Assembly: GCA_039798785.1 (NCBI GenBank) | Contig: JBDKFG010000060.1 | Span: 1 to 31,367 of the forward strand | Direction: 5' to 3' | DNA length: 31,367 bases | Source: Verrucomicrobiota bacterium | GTDB taxonomy: Bacteria > Verrucomicrobiota > Lentisphaeria > Lentisphaerales > Lentisphaeraceae | Shown: piece by piece, positions 7,938 to 17,794 of the stretch | Numbering within the stretch: the stretch's first letter is position 1 | Layout of the letters: each line of letters starts with the position of its first letter | The notes under the pieces: generated by a model | Told to the model about the DNA's origin: nothing | What the model saw: the letters and a program-made list of their open reading frames with translations, nothing else | The model's database searches: none | Made by a program: the position numbers and the translations under genes

Positions 7938-10718
7938 TTACTCGGTCTCGGTAAAGAGCAGCCACTGGTGGCTGTGCGCCGGGATGCGCACCTTCACCGT
8001 CGCGGTCTCGGTCTTGTCGAGGCCGAGGGTATGAGCCGGGCCGCCGCCGATGGAGACGTTAGCGCTGCTCTTGAGGCCGGAGTAGTACAGGGGGATGCGG
8101 ATCTCACGCTCGATCTCCTGGGCGAGGGGGTTGTAGAGGAAGGCCATCGCCTTCTCCTGGCCTTGCGGGTTGACATGGACGATGCCGTCCCAGTCCTGGC
8201 CGTTGGGGCGGCGGAGGTGGATGATGTCGCCGTCGAGCACTTCGCGGTGAGCCTTGTAGAAGGCGGTCCATTTCTTGACGATGGCCTTGGTGGCCTCGGT
8301 GTCGTAGAGGCGGGGGCCGCGGTAGCAGGCCTGGACGCCGTAGCCGATGAGGTCGGCGAAGCGCTCGTTGTAGTGGTCGCGGTGCTGGTCGAGCGGTTCG
8401 ATGGTCGAGGCAGGGCCGCCGTTGTAGGAGGACAGTGGGATCAGCATCCAGCCCATCGAGGCGGTCTTGTTCCAGGTGCCGTCGAACATGTTCTGGCGCT
8501 CGACCAGGACTTGCTCGTTGCGAGGCAGGCCGTAGTTGCTTTCGCGATAATGCATGGCGGTCTTGGTACCGCCGGCGAGGAAGTACCAGTCGGGGATGTT
8601 GAGGTAGACGCCGTTGGCGGTGCACCACTGGTAGAGGCCGGTGATGGCTTTCCACTGCACCCACTGCGAATCCTCCAGGCCGTGGTGGTGCGGATGGTTC
8701 TTGGCGGCGCAGCGGTCTCCGGGGTAGGAGCCGTCGTGCTCGAAGACGGCGAAGCCGGTGGTCTCGCACATCTTCTTGATCTGCGCCAGGTAGTCGCGGC
8801 CCCATTGGGCGCCGAGGCAGGGCATGACGCCGAAGGTGGCGGGCTGGCCCTGGGTGTTGTCCTCTTTCGTCGCGGCGCCGCGGGAGGCGAGCAGTGAGTA
8901 GCCGCCGAGGGCAATGCCCTTCGACTTGCCGTAGTCGGCGAGTTCCTTGTACACTGCCATGTATTTGGGGTCGCGGCTCTCGAAGTTGAAGCCGGAGCCG
9001 AAGGACATGATGACCATCTCGAAGCCGACCTCGGCGGCCTGGTCGATGGCGTCGCGCACCGTCTTTGGATCGGATCCGAGCTTGTGGAACATGAAGGGAT
9101 TCTGTGCGGTCCAGGGGGCGACAGTACGGTACATGCGGCGCTGCGCGAGAGTGCGGCGTTCACGCTCGCTGGAGTCGAGCAGCAGACCGAAGACGCGGAA
9201 GGACTCGAAGGATTCGCCCGGCTTGATGTCGACTTCGGGCCCCATTTTGTCAGGCGTCGCCTTGAGAAGGCAGGGAGTCTGGCAGGCGTAGTGCATCTGC
9301 GTCGGATAATCAGGGTCAGCGACCAGGCTGACCCCGGCGTTGGAGCTGTGCGGGTTCATGTTGCCGCCGAAGGTATAATCGGTCTCGACCCAGATGTTGG
9401 GGCGCTCGTTGTCAACCTCACCGCCTGAGCAGGCTTCGACTTCGGCGAGGCGGAGCTCTTCCGCGGTGAAGCGGTTGAGCCTAATCTTGTCCTTGCCGGT
9501 GTTGTTCACCACCAACCATTTCGACAGCAGCGGGATGCCGTCGTAGATCTCGTAGTGGACTTCGATGCCGGGCAGGTCGCGGCGGGCGACGGCGGCCTGC
9601 GCCGCTTCGGCGCCGCGGAAGCTGACCTGGTGGATGTGGCAGCGGACCACGGTCTTGTCGGCGCCGGCGTCCTTGCCCGAGCCCTCGAGGCCGGGCTTGC
9701 CGACCCGCAGGGCCTTGGGGGCCGCGGCGCAGGCCATGCTGTCGATCAGGGTGAAGGGGGCCTCGCCCTGGGCCGCCTCGAAGAAGAGCTGGCCGGCGCT
9801 CCAGCGCACCCGCAGCCTGCAGGGGCGGGCGGGATCGAACTTGCCGGCCTTCTTGCCCTTGACGCTGTAGCTGCCGGCGCCGGGATTGGTGACTAGGCTG
9901 GTGACGCCTCCGGCGTGGACCACGGCGAGCCCGGGGCCCCAGGCGTCGGAGCGGTCGTCGCCGCTGTCCATCAGCACTTCCACTGACTCGGCGCCTTGCG
10001 GCCATTCGCGCTCGGCGCAAACGGCGGCGGCCTGGCGGGCCATCACCTCGCCGACCTTGCCTTCGTTGACGAAGGAGGCGCGGTCGAAGCCGGGGGCGGC
10101 GAGGACCTTCCAGGCGGGATTGAGCTTGGCGTCGTTGATCTTGACGAAGTCGTCGTCGGCGACGACGGGTCCCCCCAATGAAGCCGGCGGGGCGGCGGGC
10201 GGGGCATAGTGCATGACGACATGTTTGCCGGGGGGCGGCCAGGGCAGGTCCTTGGCGAGCCATTCGGGGCGCTTCTTCCAGCCGAAACGCGGCTTCACCG
10301 GCAGTTCCTCCCAGCTCGTGAACTGGTAGGAGTTGGGGATCGGCACCAGGGACTCGCGCCAGGCGGCGTTGAGGTAGTTGGCGATCGGCGCGCCCCTCAG
10401 GCCGCCGACGCAGAATTCGACGCCGTCCAGGGTCACCCGAGCCTCAGGAGCGATGGCGCGGATCAGATGCTCCTGCGAGACCAGGTTTTCGAGGGAGACG
10501 CAGGCGGCGTTGGAGGTGAGCAGGAAGGTCCTTCGAGCGAGGCCGTTGTTGAGGATGAGTTCGCGGCGGGCCTTGTCCTCCTTGACCTGCGCCTTGAAGG
10601 GGCTGGGGTCGAGCAGCCAGTCGACCGGGGCGGGAGCGGCAGGAGCAGGCGGCTCGCCGGCCAGGGAGGAGGAGCTGAGAGCAAGCAGCAGGACGGCAGC
10701 TAGGGCGGGGATATTCAT
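7938..10718 (-). CDS. Secreted clan-D-like (GH36-related, alpha-galactosidase-type) glycoside hydrolase with an inserted domain
   Basis: Start moved to 10718 (GGAGG RBS, signal peptide MNIPALAAVLLLALSSSSLA); VHYEIYDGIPLLSKW, MVIMSFGSG, GYSLLASR, FEHDGSYPG, YRGPRLYD, DIIHLRRP. Confidence 0.7.
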   Translation of the reverse strand: MNIPALAAVLLLALSSSSLAGEPPAPAAPAPVDWLLDPSPFKAQVKEDKARRELILNNGLARRTFLLTSNAACVSLENLVSQEHLIRAIAPEARVTLDGVEFCVGGLRGAPIANYLNAAWRESLVPIPNSYQFTSWEELPVKPRFGWKKRPEWLAKDLPWPPPGKHVVMHYAPPAAPPASLGGPVVADDDFVKINDAKLNPAWKVLAAPGFDRASFVNEGKVGEVMARQAAAVCAEREWPQGAESVEVLMDSGDDRSDAWGPGLAVVHAGGVTSLVTNPGAGSYSVKGKKAGKFDPARPCRLRVRWSAGQLFFEAAQGEAPFTLIDSMACAAAPKALRVGKPGLEGSGKDAGADKTVVRCHIHQVSFRGAEAAQAAVARRDLPGIEVHYEIYDGIPLLSKWLVVNNTGKDKIRLNRFTAEELRLAEVEACSGGEVDNERPNIWVETDYTFGGNMNPHSSNAGVSLVADPDYPTQMHYACQTPCLLKATPDKMGPEVDIKPGESFESFRVFGLLLDSSERERRTLAQRRMYRTVAPWTAQNPFMFHKLGSDPKTVRDAIDQAAEVGFEMVIMSFGSGFNFESRDPKYMAVYKELADYGKSKGIALGGYSLLASRGAATKEDNTQGQPATFGVMPCLGAQWGRDYLAQIKKMCETTGFAVFEHDGSYPGDRCAAKNHPHHHGLEDSQWVQWKAITGLYQWCTANGVYLNIPDWYFLAGGTKTAMHYRESNYGLPRNEQVLVERQNMFDGTWNKTASMGWMLIPLSSYNGGPASTIEPLDQHRDHYNERFADLIGYGVQACYRGPRLYDTEATKAIVKKWTAFYKAHREVLDGDIIHLRRPNGQDWDGIVHVNPQGQEKAMAFLYNPLAQEIEREIRIPLYYSGLKSSANVSIGGGPAHTLGLDKTETATVKVRIPAHSHQWLLFTETE

Positions 10719-11041
10719 TGGGGAACCTCCAGGTTGTGGTTGATCTGCAGACGATTCCTTGCAGGTGGCGTTCCCATCTCTGATGTTCACGATTTCCGGA
10801 CCTGCTAAGAATGAACATCGCCACGCGCATAGCCCTTGAAGCGAAAGTCGGAGCCGCGCCCTGTCGACTACCTACGGTCGAGCAGCAGGAGCGAAGGTCA
10901 AAAAATGATTATCTGGGATACGCGTGGAGATTTTGACCAAAGGAGGGCTGTGCAGGCTGTGCAGGGCTGCGCCGCGGCGTTTTGGACGTAGTTATGGTAT
11001 ATGGCATAGTATTTTTCAGTATTTTTGATTGTAAAATGGAA

Positions 11042-12070
11042 TCAGACCTGCTCCCGCCATTCCCTTGGGGTGTATTTATAACGTTTCTTGAAGCAGGTGG
11101 CGAAATACTGACTGGAGGAGAAACCACATTCGCGGCCGATGTCCAGGACCGGGCGATTTGTCTCGCGCAGCAGCGTCGCGGCGCGGGCGAGGCGGAGCGC
11201 CAGGAGATGGCGAGCTGGTGTCTCGCCGCTGATCTCGCAAGTGGCCTTGTGGAAGGCGTGCGGGGTGACGTCGCATACGGCGGCCATTCGCTCGAAGTCC
11301 GGCGGTGCCGCCAGCGCCCGGGCGTCCCGGGACAGGCGCTCCCAGTGCTCCTGTACCGCGGCGGTGAGGCAGCCGGTGGTCGGCTTGCCCGGTCGGCCGG
11401 CCTGCAGCATGCGCAGCAACTGGATGAGAAGGAAGTTGAGCAGCGCCGCAAGCAGCGATGTGGCGAATGCTTCGCCCTGCTCGCGTGACCGCACCGCCCG
11501 GCCGAGGCGGTGAAAAGTTTCGCGCATCTCGGGTGGCGCTTCCCACACCGGGCTGCCGACCTGTCCCTGTAGCAGCGATTTCAAGGATTCGCGGTCGGCG
11601 GGGGTCAGCACCACCCAAGGCGGCCAGTGCCAGGTAGCGGCCTGGACATCCTCTGCGCCGCCGCCCACATCGATGTTGATCCAGTAGCCGTTGCCGCGCA
11701 GGCCGCGGTTGGTGTTGGCGTCGCCCGGCAGGGCGATCACCAGGGAACGTGGCTCGAGACGGGTGGCGCGGCCTGCAGCATCCTCCATCACCACGCCGCT
11801 GCTTTCGTGCAGGGTGAGCTGCAGCTCTTGGATGGGGAAGGGGCGGTTCGCTTTCGCATGGAGCGGCTGAGGGTGCGTAGCGGACCACATGCCCATGGTG
11901 GTGATGCCGGGGAGCTCGTCGGGCGCCAGCGGCAGGCCGGGATGAGGCGGGTGACCGATCCAGTGGTAGATTATTCTCCCTTCGCTCTGGTCGGCGACCT
12001 GAAGGCTGAAGTCAGGCGTCCTCGGAAAAGACGCTGCAGGACTGCCGGCCTCAGATCGGGGGTAATTCAT
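11042..12070 (-). CDS. AraC-family transcriptional regulator
   Basis: C-terminal double HTH LRLARAATLL...IGRECGFSSSQYFATCFKKRYKYTPREWR. Confidence 0.9.
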   Translation of the reverse strand: MNYPRSEAGSPAASFPRTPDFSLQVADQSEGRIIYHWIGHPPHPGLPLAPDELPGITTMGMWSATHPQPLHAKANRPFPIQELQLTLHESSGVVMEDAAGRATRLEPRSLVIALPGDANTNRGLRGNGYWINIDVGGGAEDVQAATWHWPPWVVLTPADRESLKSLLQGQVGSPVWEAPPEMRETFHRLGRAVRSREQGEAFATSLLAALLNFLLIQLLRMLQAGRPGKPTTGCLTAAVQEHWERLSRDARALAAPPDFERMAAVCDVTPHAFHKATCEISGETPARHLLALRLARAATLLRETNRPVLDIGRECGFSSSQYFATCFKKRYKYTPREWREQV

Positions 12071-12091
12071 GCGGGGGATCCTTTTGAAGGA

Positions 12092-14446
12092 CTATTCGAA
12101 CTTCACCGACCACTTTACCTCGCGATTCGCCGGCGAGAAGAGGCGCAGCCGCAGCCAGCCTTCCTCGGCGGGCAGGACCTCGAGGCTCGCCCCCTCGGCC
12201 TCGGCCCTGGCCAGCTTCCAGCCCTTGCCGTCCTTGAGGCCGGCGATCCGCAGCTCCGTGGCGTCGCCGCCAACGAGCCGGGAGACGCCGGAAAGCACGC
12301 CGTCGCGGAAGGCCTCGCCGTGGACGTCGACGACGCCCTGGGTGACGTGGCGCGAGGTGGAGACCAGCACCGGGCGCCCCAGCGCTTCACGGGCGGCGAT
12401 GATCAGGCAGGACTCCTTCGGCAGCTCAAACTTGAATTCCCCCTTGAAGTCCGGCAGGGGCCTGCCGCCCCAGAAGTCGAAAGCGTGGTAAGTGGCTTCC
12501 GGCTTCAGACCGGCCTTGGCGGCGCCGCAGGCGATGGTGCTCGGCTGCGACTCCCAGTTGTAGAGGCCGAAGACCTGGCGCTCCTCCTGGGCGAGCCGCC
12601 AGATCCGGGGCATCGGGCTGTCGAAGTAGTCCACCGGCCGCGCCTGGCAGGAGTGGCTGGGCAGGCAGCGCTTGAGGATCTCCAAGCGCTCCGCCGGCAG
12701 TCCCGGCAGCCAGTCGCTGTTGAGGTTGAACTGGCCGCTCACCGCCACCCACGAGGCCAGCAGGCGGGCGTGCTCGAGCTTGACTGTCGGGCGGACATAG
12801 GCGGGATCGGGGTCATTCCACCACACCCGGCCATGCAGGAAGTAGAGGCGGTTGGCTCGGATCGGCCCGGTAATGATCCCGCCACCCTCAAAGTGCATGG
12901 TTTCGTTCTTCCAGTCCTGCCACCCGAAGCCGTTGTCGGGTCCGATGCGCATCGAGTCCACCAAGCCGATGACGCCGCCCAGCGAACGCATGTTCTGGCT
13001 GGCGCAGCAGCCGGAAAAGAAGACCTCCGGACCAGCTCCCTCGCGCAGTGTCCGCAGCCCCAGCCGAAGGGCCTCAATGTTGGTCGCGTCCCGCTTGAAG
13101 AAGGGCTGGTTGTTGCCCAGATCGTCGTCGACATAGCCGTCGTTTACGTAAACCTGTTCGGCGCAAGCCCCCGTCCACAGGCCGTCCATCTTGAAGTAGT
13201 CGTAGCCCCAACTGCGGATGGTGATAGCCAACTTACGTAGATAGTCCTGCACCTCCGGACGGGTGAGGTCCAGCGAGGTGCCGCCCCAGACGGTTTCGTA
13301 GGGCATGCCGTCACGCCGATTCATGAACCAGTCTTTGGGGAAGTCCTGGTCCTGGTGGTTGGCCGCGAAGGGAAGGAACCACAAGCCGGCGGTCAGCCCC
13401 TGCGCCTTGATCTGGGCGGCCGTCGGCGCCATCCCCGAGGAATAGGGGCCGCCGGGCTTGTGGCGGGTGAAGCCGCGGCGCGGACCGTTGATGCGCGAGC
13501 CGTCGGGATTTGCCGCCCCGTCCTGCCATTCGTCGTCGATCTGGACGAAGTCGAAGCCGTAGGGCTTGAGTTCGCGGGCGGCGAACTCGGCGAGGCGGAC
13601 GATGTCCTTTTCGTTGCTGGCGCCGGCGCCCCCCTTGGGGTCGGTCAGGCCGCCCACCTCGCTGTACCAAGTGCAGTAGCCGCTGCGCTGCGGCTTGAGG
13701 ACGATGCGGTGCTGCTTTTTCATCGCGTCGGCGAAGGCTTCTTGGCCGAGACGTGCGTCGGCGAAACTGCCGACCAACAAGGTCTCCAGTGTCTCGCTCC
13801 GGCCGGGCGCCAACCGCAGGTGGCCGTAATCGATCTGCGCCTTGATTGACAACGTGCCGTCCTTGCGCTCCACTGGGGTGAAGAAGACGCCGTCGCCGCG
13901 CTCGTGGGTCAGCCAGCCTGCAACCACGCCCTCGCGGCTCGACGGGTCGACGACAGTCTGGAACAGGTAGGAGCCGGGATTCTTCGCCGCCGGCTTCAGC
14001 CCCGCTGTGCCCATGGTGACCAGCTCGCCGGCCTTCCTGCCGCCAATGCCGACGGTGAAGGTCGCCGGCACGGCGTGACGGAGATCCAGCTCCTCCCCGC
14101 TGTCGTTGCGCACGGTCTGGCGGATCACCGCGAAGGGCAGGCCGGGATAGACCTCGATGCTGGCGACGCCGCCGTCGAAACGCGCTGCCCGCAGGGCCCG
14201 GCCCGGACCGAAGACGGGGTCGGCCACCGCCTCGACGCGCGCCATCGCGCCGGCATCGACGCCGTCGAGCCGGCCGCTGGCGAAGACGGTGCCGTCCCGT
14301 AGGAGCTGGAAGTGGTCGCCGCTGAGCTCGGCGCGCAACCCGTCCTGGACGGCGGCGGCGGACGCAGGCCCGCGGCCGGCGCAGGAGGCGAAGGGCACGG
14401 CGGCAAGCAGGGCGGCAATGAGCAGGCTGGCAGAATGACGGATCAT
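12092..14446 (-). CDS. Clan-D glycoside hydrolase (GH36/GH27 alpha-galactosidase-like), possible lipoprotein
   Basis: GYCTWY, VQIDDEWQ, GLTAGLW, LDLTRPEV, GYDYFKMD (nucleophile), MRIGPD (acid/base), NDPD; start 14446 with GAGGAG RBS and FASC lipobox-like motif. Confidence 0.85.
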   Translation of the reverse strand: MIRHSASLLIAALLAAVPFASCAGRGPASAAAVQDGLRAELSGDHFQLLRDGTVFASGRLDGVDAGAMARVEAVADPVFGPGRALRAARFDGGVASIEVYPGLPFAVIRQTVRNDSGEELDLRHAVPATFTVGIGGRKAGELVTMGTAGLKPAAKNPGSYLFQTVVDPSSREGVVAGWLTHERGDGVFFTPVERKDGTLSIKAQIDYGHLRLAPGRSETLETLLVGSFADARLGQEAFADAMKKQHRIVLKPQRSGYCTWYSEVGGLTDPKGGAGASNEKDIVRLAEFAARELKPYGFDFVQIDDEWQDGAANPDGSRINGPRRGFTRHKPGGPYSSGMAPTAAQIKAQGLTAGLWFLPFAANHQDQDFPKDWFMNRRDGMPYETVWGGTSLDLTRPEVQDYLRKLAITIRSWGYDYFKMDGLWTGACAEQVYVNDGYVDDDLGNNQPFFKRDATNIEALRLGLRTLREGAGPEVFFSGCCASQNMRSLGGVIGLVDSMRIGPDNGFGWQDWKNETMHFEGGGIITGPIRANRLYFLHGRVWWNDPDPAYVRPTVKLEHARLLASWVAVSGQFNLNSDWLPGLPAERLEILKRCLPSHSCQARPVDYFDSPMPRIWRLAQEERQVFGLYNWESQPSTIACGAAKAGLKPEATYHAFDFWGGRPLPDFKGEFKFELPKESCLIIAAREALGRPVLVSTSRHVTQGVVDVHGEAFRDGVLSGVSRLVGGDATELRIAGLKDGKGWKLARAEAEGASLEVLPAEEGWLRLRLFSPANREVKWSVKFE

Positions 14447-14742
14447 GGGAATCTCCTCGGCTGTGGAATACGCCAATCTTAGACGTAAACAATGCTTCAC
14501 CTAGAGGCGGGGGTTTATGGATTTTCCGCATTTCGAAATTTTGGACATCGTCGGTTTTCCAGGGCCGATACGGCCAATACTTTGCTTGGCGTCACCGATG
14601 ACCAGAAAATGGGAATGGCGAGCGGTAGCGGTTATATCATTTTTTAACCAAACCGAACTCATTTAAAAATCATGCCTTAAGCCTGTTTTAATATTTTCAC
14701 TTCATTTTTTTCGGCATCAGTAAAAAAATAACGGGGAGAAAG

Positions 14743-16521
14743 ATGCGACGGCTTGTGTTGCTGCTGATAATGATCGCAATGACACTCCCAGGGGCGGAAG
14801 CACTGGTGGTGGAGATCGGCGAATTTGAGAAGCGTCCTGCGATTGCCTCCGTCGCTCTGGGGCGCAAGGCTGCTGGATTGCTTGCTCCTCTCAAACTCGA
14901 AGCCCGGCATTACTCCACCGCCGCGGGCGGCAAGAGTTTTCCCTTTCTTAGAGAACTGAAGCTGCGCTTGAATGCCGGTCCGGGAGCAGTGATCATTCAC
15001 AGCCATCTGATCATCCGGGATCAGGCATGCGGCATCGCGGCGGCCGATGAGGCGGAAGGCGTCTTGCTGCGGGCGGCCGATTTCGCCCAGGTGAGCGGTC
15101 CGATCCTTTTGCTTGCGGCGACTCCGGCTGAGCTCAACGCGGCGGCCTTTGCGACGGAATTTGCGCAGCACAAGGGACTGGTGATCGCCACGGCCGATGC
15201 GCGGCTTTTGGACGAAGCCGGCCTGCTGATCAGCTCGAAGTTGCGTCTCCTGCAATGGGCGGAAGGGAAGCGCCTGATCCTGGCAGGGCGAGCGGCAAGC
15301 ATCAGTGATGCCGAACTGACCCAGGCTCGGCAGGCTTCCGCGGCTTTGCGGGCCGAACTGATTGCGGCGGGAGGGGGGCAGGTGGCGATGGATGAATACG
15401 CCGCAGGGCTGCTGGAGGCCAAACAGGCTGAACGTCTGCAAGGTGCGGCGGCGCTGCTGGCTCTCCACCGCTGCGACGAAACCTGGGAAGTCGCCTTCGT
15501 GCGCTGCCTACAAAAGCGCCTCGACGAGCGCCAGCTCAAACTCGGCGGCGATGATTTCCGCAAGCTCTCACATCCCTCCTGGACGGAATACGAAAACTTG
15601 CGCCAGCCAGGCAGCCGCGAATCCCTGAAAAAAGCCGATGTCCTGCTGAGCCGTATCCATGCCGAATTGTGCAGCGACCTGATCCGCCTCGCCGACAGCG
15701 GCAGCGGCAGCGGCGACTGGTCCTCCTGCCGGCATTTCACCGACAAACTGATGAAGCTTGATCCCTCGCAAAAGCTGCGCCGCGGCTATCCCGGCCGGAT
15801 CTGGACCGAGCCAGTCTCGGGCATCAGCTTCGCCTGGGTGCCGGCAGGCAAGGCCCTCATCGGTTCGCCGAAAGGGCAGTCCGGCGCGGAAAAGGACGAG
15901 ATCCTGCACGAGATCGAGATCAGCCGCCCCGTGCTGATGGCGGTCACCGAAATCACCGAAGAGCAATGGGCCCGGGTGATGGGGAGCGAAGGGATCGTCG
16001 ACCGCCGTCTGCCGCGCAGTCAAGTGTCGTGGAAAGAAGCTTCGGCCTTCTGCAAACGCCTTGGCGAGCTCAGCGGCTGCCGCGTCCGTCTTCCTTCCGA
16101 AGTCGAATGGGAATGGGCCTGCCGGGCCGGCTCGAAGCAGATCTGGAGTTTCGGCGACAGCCTGAGTCCGCGGCAGGCCGCTGTCTCCGGGCCGGGCTCG
16201 GCTGGCAAGCTTCTCCCGGCCGGATCTTTCCCGGCCAACGCCTGGGGGCTGAAAGACATGCACGGCAGCCTCTGGGAATGGTGCTCGGACTGGGCCGCTC
16301 CTTACCAGCTCAAACAAGGCCGCGATCCGCGCGGTCCCGACGATGCCCAGGCGCGTCGCGACGAACTCGATATGCGGATCTGCCGCGGCGGTTCGTGGAA
16401 AGATCCCGCCTCTTCAGCCCGCAGCGCCAACCGCTGGGAATACAGCCCCAGCGTCCATTCCGACGCCATCGGCTTCCGCATCATCATTGAAACCGAAACC
16501 CAAACTGGAGCCCAGCCATGA
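14743..16521 (+). CDS. Secreted protein with C-terminal FGE-sulfatase (SUMF1, C-type-lectin fold) domain
   Basis: Signal peptide; RLPSEVEWEWACRAG, ANAWGLKDMHGSLWEWCSDW, RGGSW, SANR, IGFRII. The catalytic Cys pair of true FGE is absent. N-terminal ~340 aa not recognised. Confidence 0.88.
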   Translation: MRRLVLLLIMIAMTLPGAEALVVEIGEFEKRPAIASVALGRKAAGLLAPLKLEARHYSTAAGGKSFPFLRELKLRLNAGPGAVIIHSHLIIRDQACGIAAADEAEGVLLRAADFAQVSGPILLLAATPAELNAAAFATEFAQHKGLVIATADARLLDEAGLLISSKLRLLQWAEGKRLILAGRAASISDAELTQARQASAALRAELIAAGGGQVAMDEYAAGLLEAKQAERLQGAAALLALHRCDETWEVAFVRCLQKRLDERQLKLGGDDFRKLSHPSWTEYENLRQPGSRESLKKADVLLSRIHAELCSDLIRLADSGSGSGDWSSCRHFTDKLMKLDPSQKLRRGYPGRIWTEPVSGISFAWVPAGKALIGSPKGQSGAEKDEILHEIEISRPVLMAVTEITEEQWARVMGSEGIVDRRLPRSQVSWKEASAFCKRLGELSGCRVRLPSEVEWEWACRAGSKQIWSFGDSLSPRQAAVSGPGSAGKLLPAGSFPANAWGLKDMHGSLWEWCSDWAAPYQLKQGRDPRGPDDAQARRDELDMRICRGGSWKDPASSARSANRWEYSPSVHSDAIGFRIIIETETQTGAQP

Positions 16522-17789
16522 GAATCCCCGCCGCCGTCTTCCTCGCCGTCACCGTCACCTCCTGCATCTACGTCCAGCCGCAGATCCAACCCGTCGCCGC
16601 CGCTCCCGCTCCCGCTCCCGTCGCTCCCGCTCCCGTCGCTCCCGCTCCCGCCGCCGCCACATCCGTCGCCGCCACATCCGTCGCCGCCGCCCCCGCCGCC
16701 GACAGCTTCGAGGCTCGTGTCGCCAGCATCTTCAAGATGCAGCGCGAAGGAGCCATCACCGAAGCCCAGGCCCACCACATGCTCAGCGCCTGCATCAACG
16801 GCGTCAACGTCGCCACCCCTGCCGCCGGCAAACCCGAAGGCCTCGCGACCGCCGCACCGATAGCTGCACCGGTCGCCGCCGCCTCGAGCGCCGCCGCCGA
16901 TCTCAATCTGCCCAACTACAAGCCTGAAAGCGTCCTCGAAGGCCGGATGCAGGTGATGGGTTCCGACTCGATGGATTCCTTGATGACCCACTGCTGCGGC
17001 AGCTTCAAAGCCTACCACAACAAGCTCGCCATCAGCCTCGAAGGCAAGGGTTCGTCGACCGCCGTGCCGGCCATCCTCGAAGGGCGCGCCGACATCGGTC
17101 CGATGAGCCGCGAACTCAAGCCCGCCGAAATCGCCCGCTACCGCGAAACCATGGGCTGCGATCCTGTCGCCCTGACCGTCGCCATCGACACTCTCGCCGT
17201 CTACGTCCACCCCGACAATCCGCTGAAAGACGGATTGACCATGGAGCAGCTCGACGCGATCTTTTCCGAGTCCCGCCAGCGCGGCGGCCAGGAAGTCCGC
17301 ACCTGGGGTGATCTCGGCCTGGAAGGCGAGTGGAAGGATCAGCCGATCCGCCTGATCAGTCGCAACGAAGCCTCGGGCACCTACGCCTTCTTCAAGGAAC
17401 ACGTTCTCAAGAAGGCCGAATTCCGCAGCGGCGTCGAACTGCTGAACGGCAGCCGCGAAGTGGTCCAGGCCGTCGCCAACGACCGTTTCGCCATCGGCTA
17501 CTCCGGCATCGCCTACAAGACCCCGGCGGTCAAAGTCCTCGCGATCGCGGCGGAAAAAGGCCGTCCCGCAGTCCTTCCGGAAGAGATCCATGCCTACAGC
17601 GGCGACTACCCTCTGACCCGCAGTCTTTTTGTCGTCCTCAGCCGCAAGGACGGCGTCTACTCCGCCCCGGCGAAGGAATTCAGCCGTTTCATCTTCTCGC
17701 GTGAAGGGCAGCAGCTGGTCCGTTCGGAAGGCTACTACCCGGTCAACGCCACCATGGCCAAGGCGCAGCTTAGCAAGATGGAGAAGTGA
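16518..17789 (+). CDS. pstS: PstS-family phosphate-binding lipoprotein with Pro/Ala linkers and SHOCT-like insert
   Basis: Lipobox VTSC; GSDSM, GKGSSTA, ADIGPMSRELK, VAIDTLAVYVHPDNP, SRNEASGTYAFFKEHVL, IGYSGI, YPLTR; ATGA overlap with the upstream stop. Confidence 0.88.
   Translation: MRIPAAVFLAVTVTSCIYVQPQIQPVAAAPAPAPVAPAPVAPAPAAATSVAATSVAAAPAADSFEARVASIFKMQREGAITEAQAHHMLSACINGVNVATPAAGKPEGLATAAPIAAPVAAASSAAADLNLPNYKPESVLEGRMQVMGSDSMDSLMTHCCGSFKAYHNKLAISLEGKGSSTAVPAILEGRADIGPMSRELKPAEIARYRETMGCDPVALTVAIDTLAVYVHPDNPLKDGLTMEQLDAIFSESRQRGGQEVRTWGDLGLEGEWKDQPIRLISRNEASGTYAFFKEHVLKKAEFRSGVELLNGSREVVQAVANDRFAIGYSGIAYKTPAVKVLAIAAEKGRPAVLPEEIHAYSGDYPLTRSLFVVLSRKDGVYSAPAKEFSRFIFSREGQQLVRSEGYYPVNATMAKAQLSKMEK
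16592..16700 (+). repeat. Coding tandem repeats (GCTCCC units and 15-mers) encoding the APAPV/AATSV linker
   Basis: GTCGCTCCCGCTCCC and GCCGCCACATCCGTC units repeated in frame. Confidence 0.8.
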
Positions 17790-17794
17790 AGCCG

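Noticed and set aside
16380..16490. FGE/C-type-lectin-fold C-terminus as a diversity-generating retroelement target
   Set aside because: No template repeat differing at adenines and no reverse transcriptase seen in the window; targeting in trans cannot be excluded but has no support here.
14743..16521. Functional formylglycine-generating (sulfatase-maturing) enzyme
   Set aside because: The catalytic cysteines after RGGS are absent, and no CxPxR/SxPxR sulfatase gene was recognised nearby.
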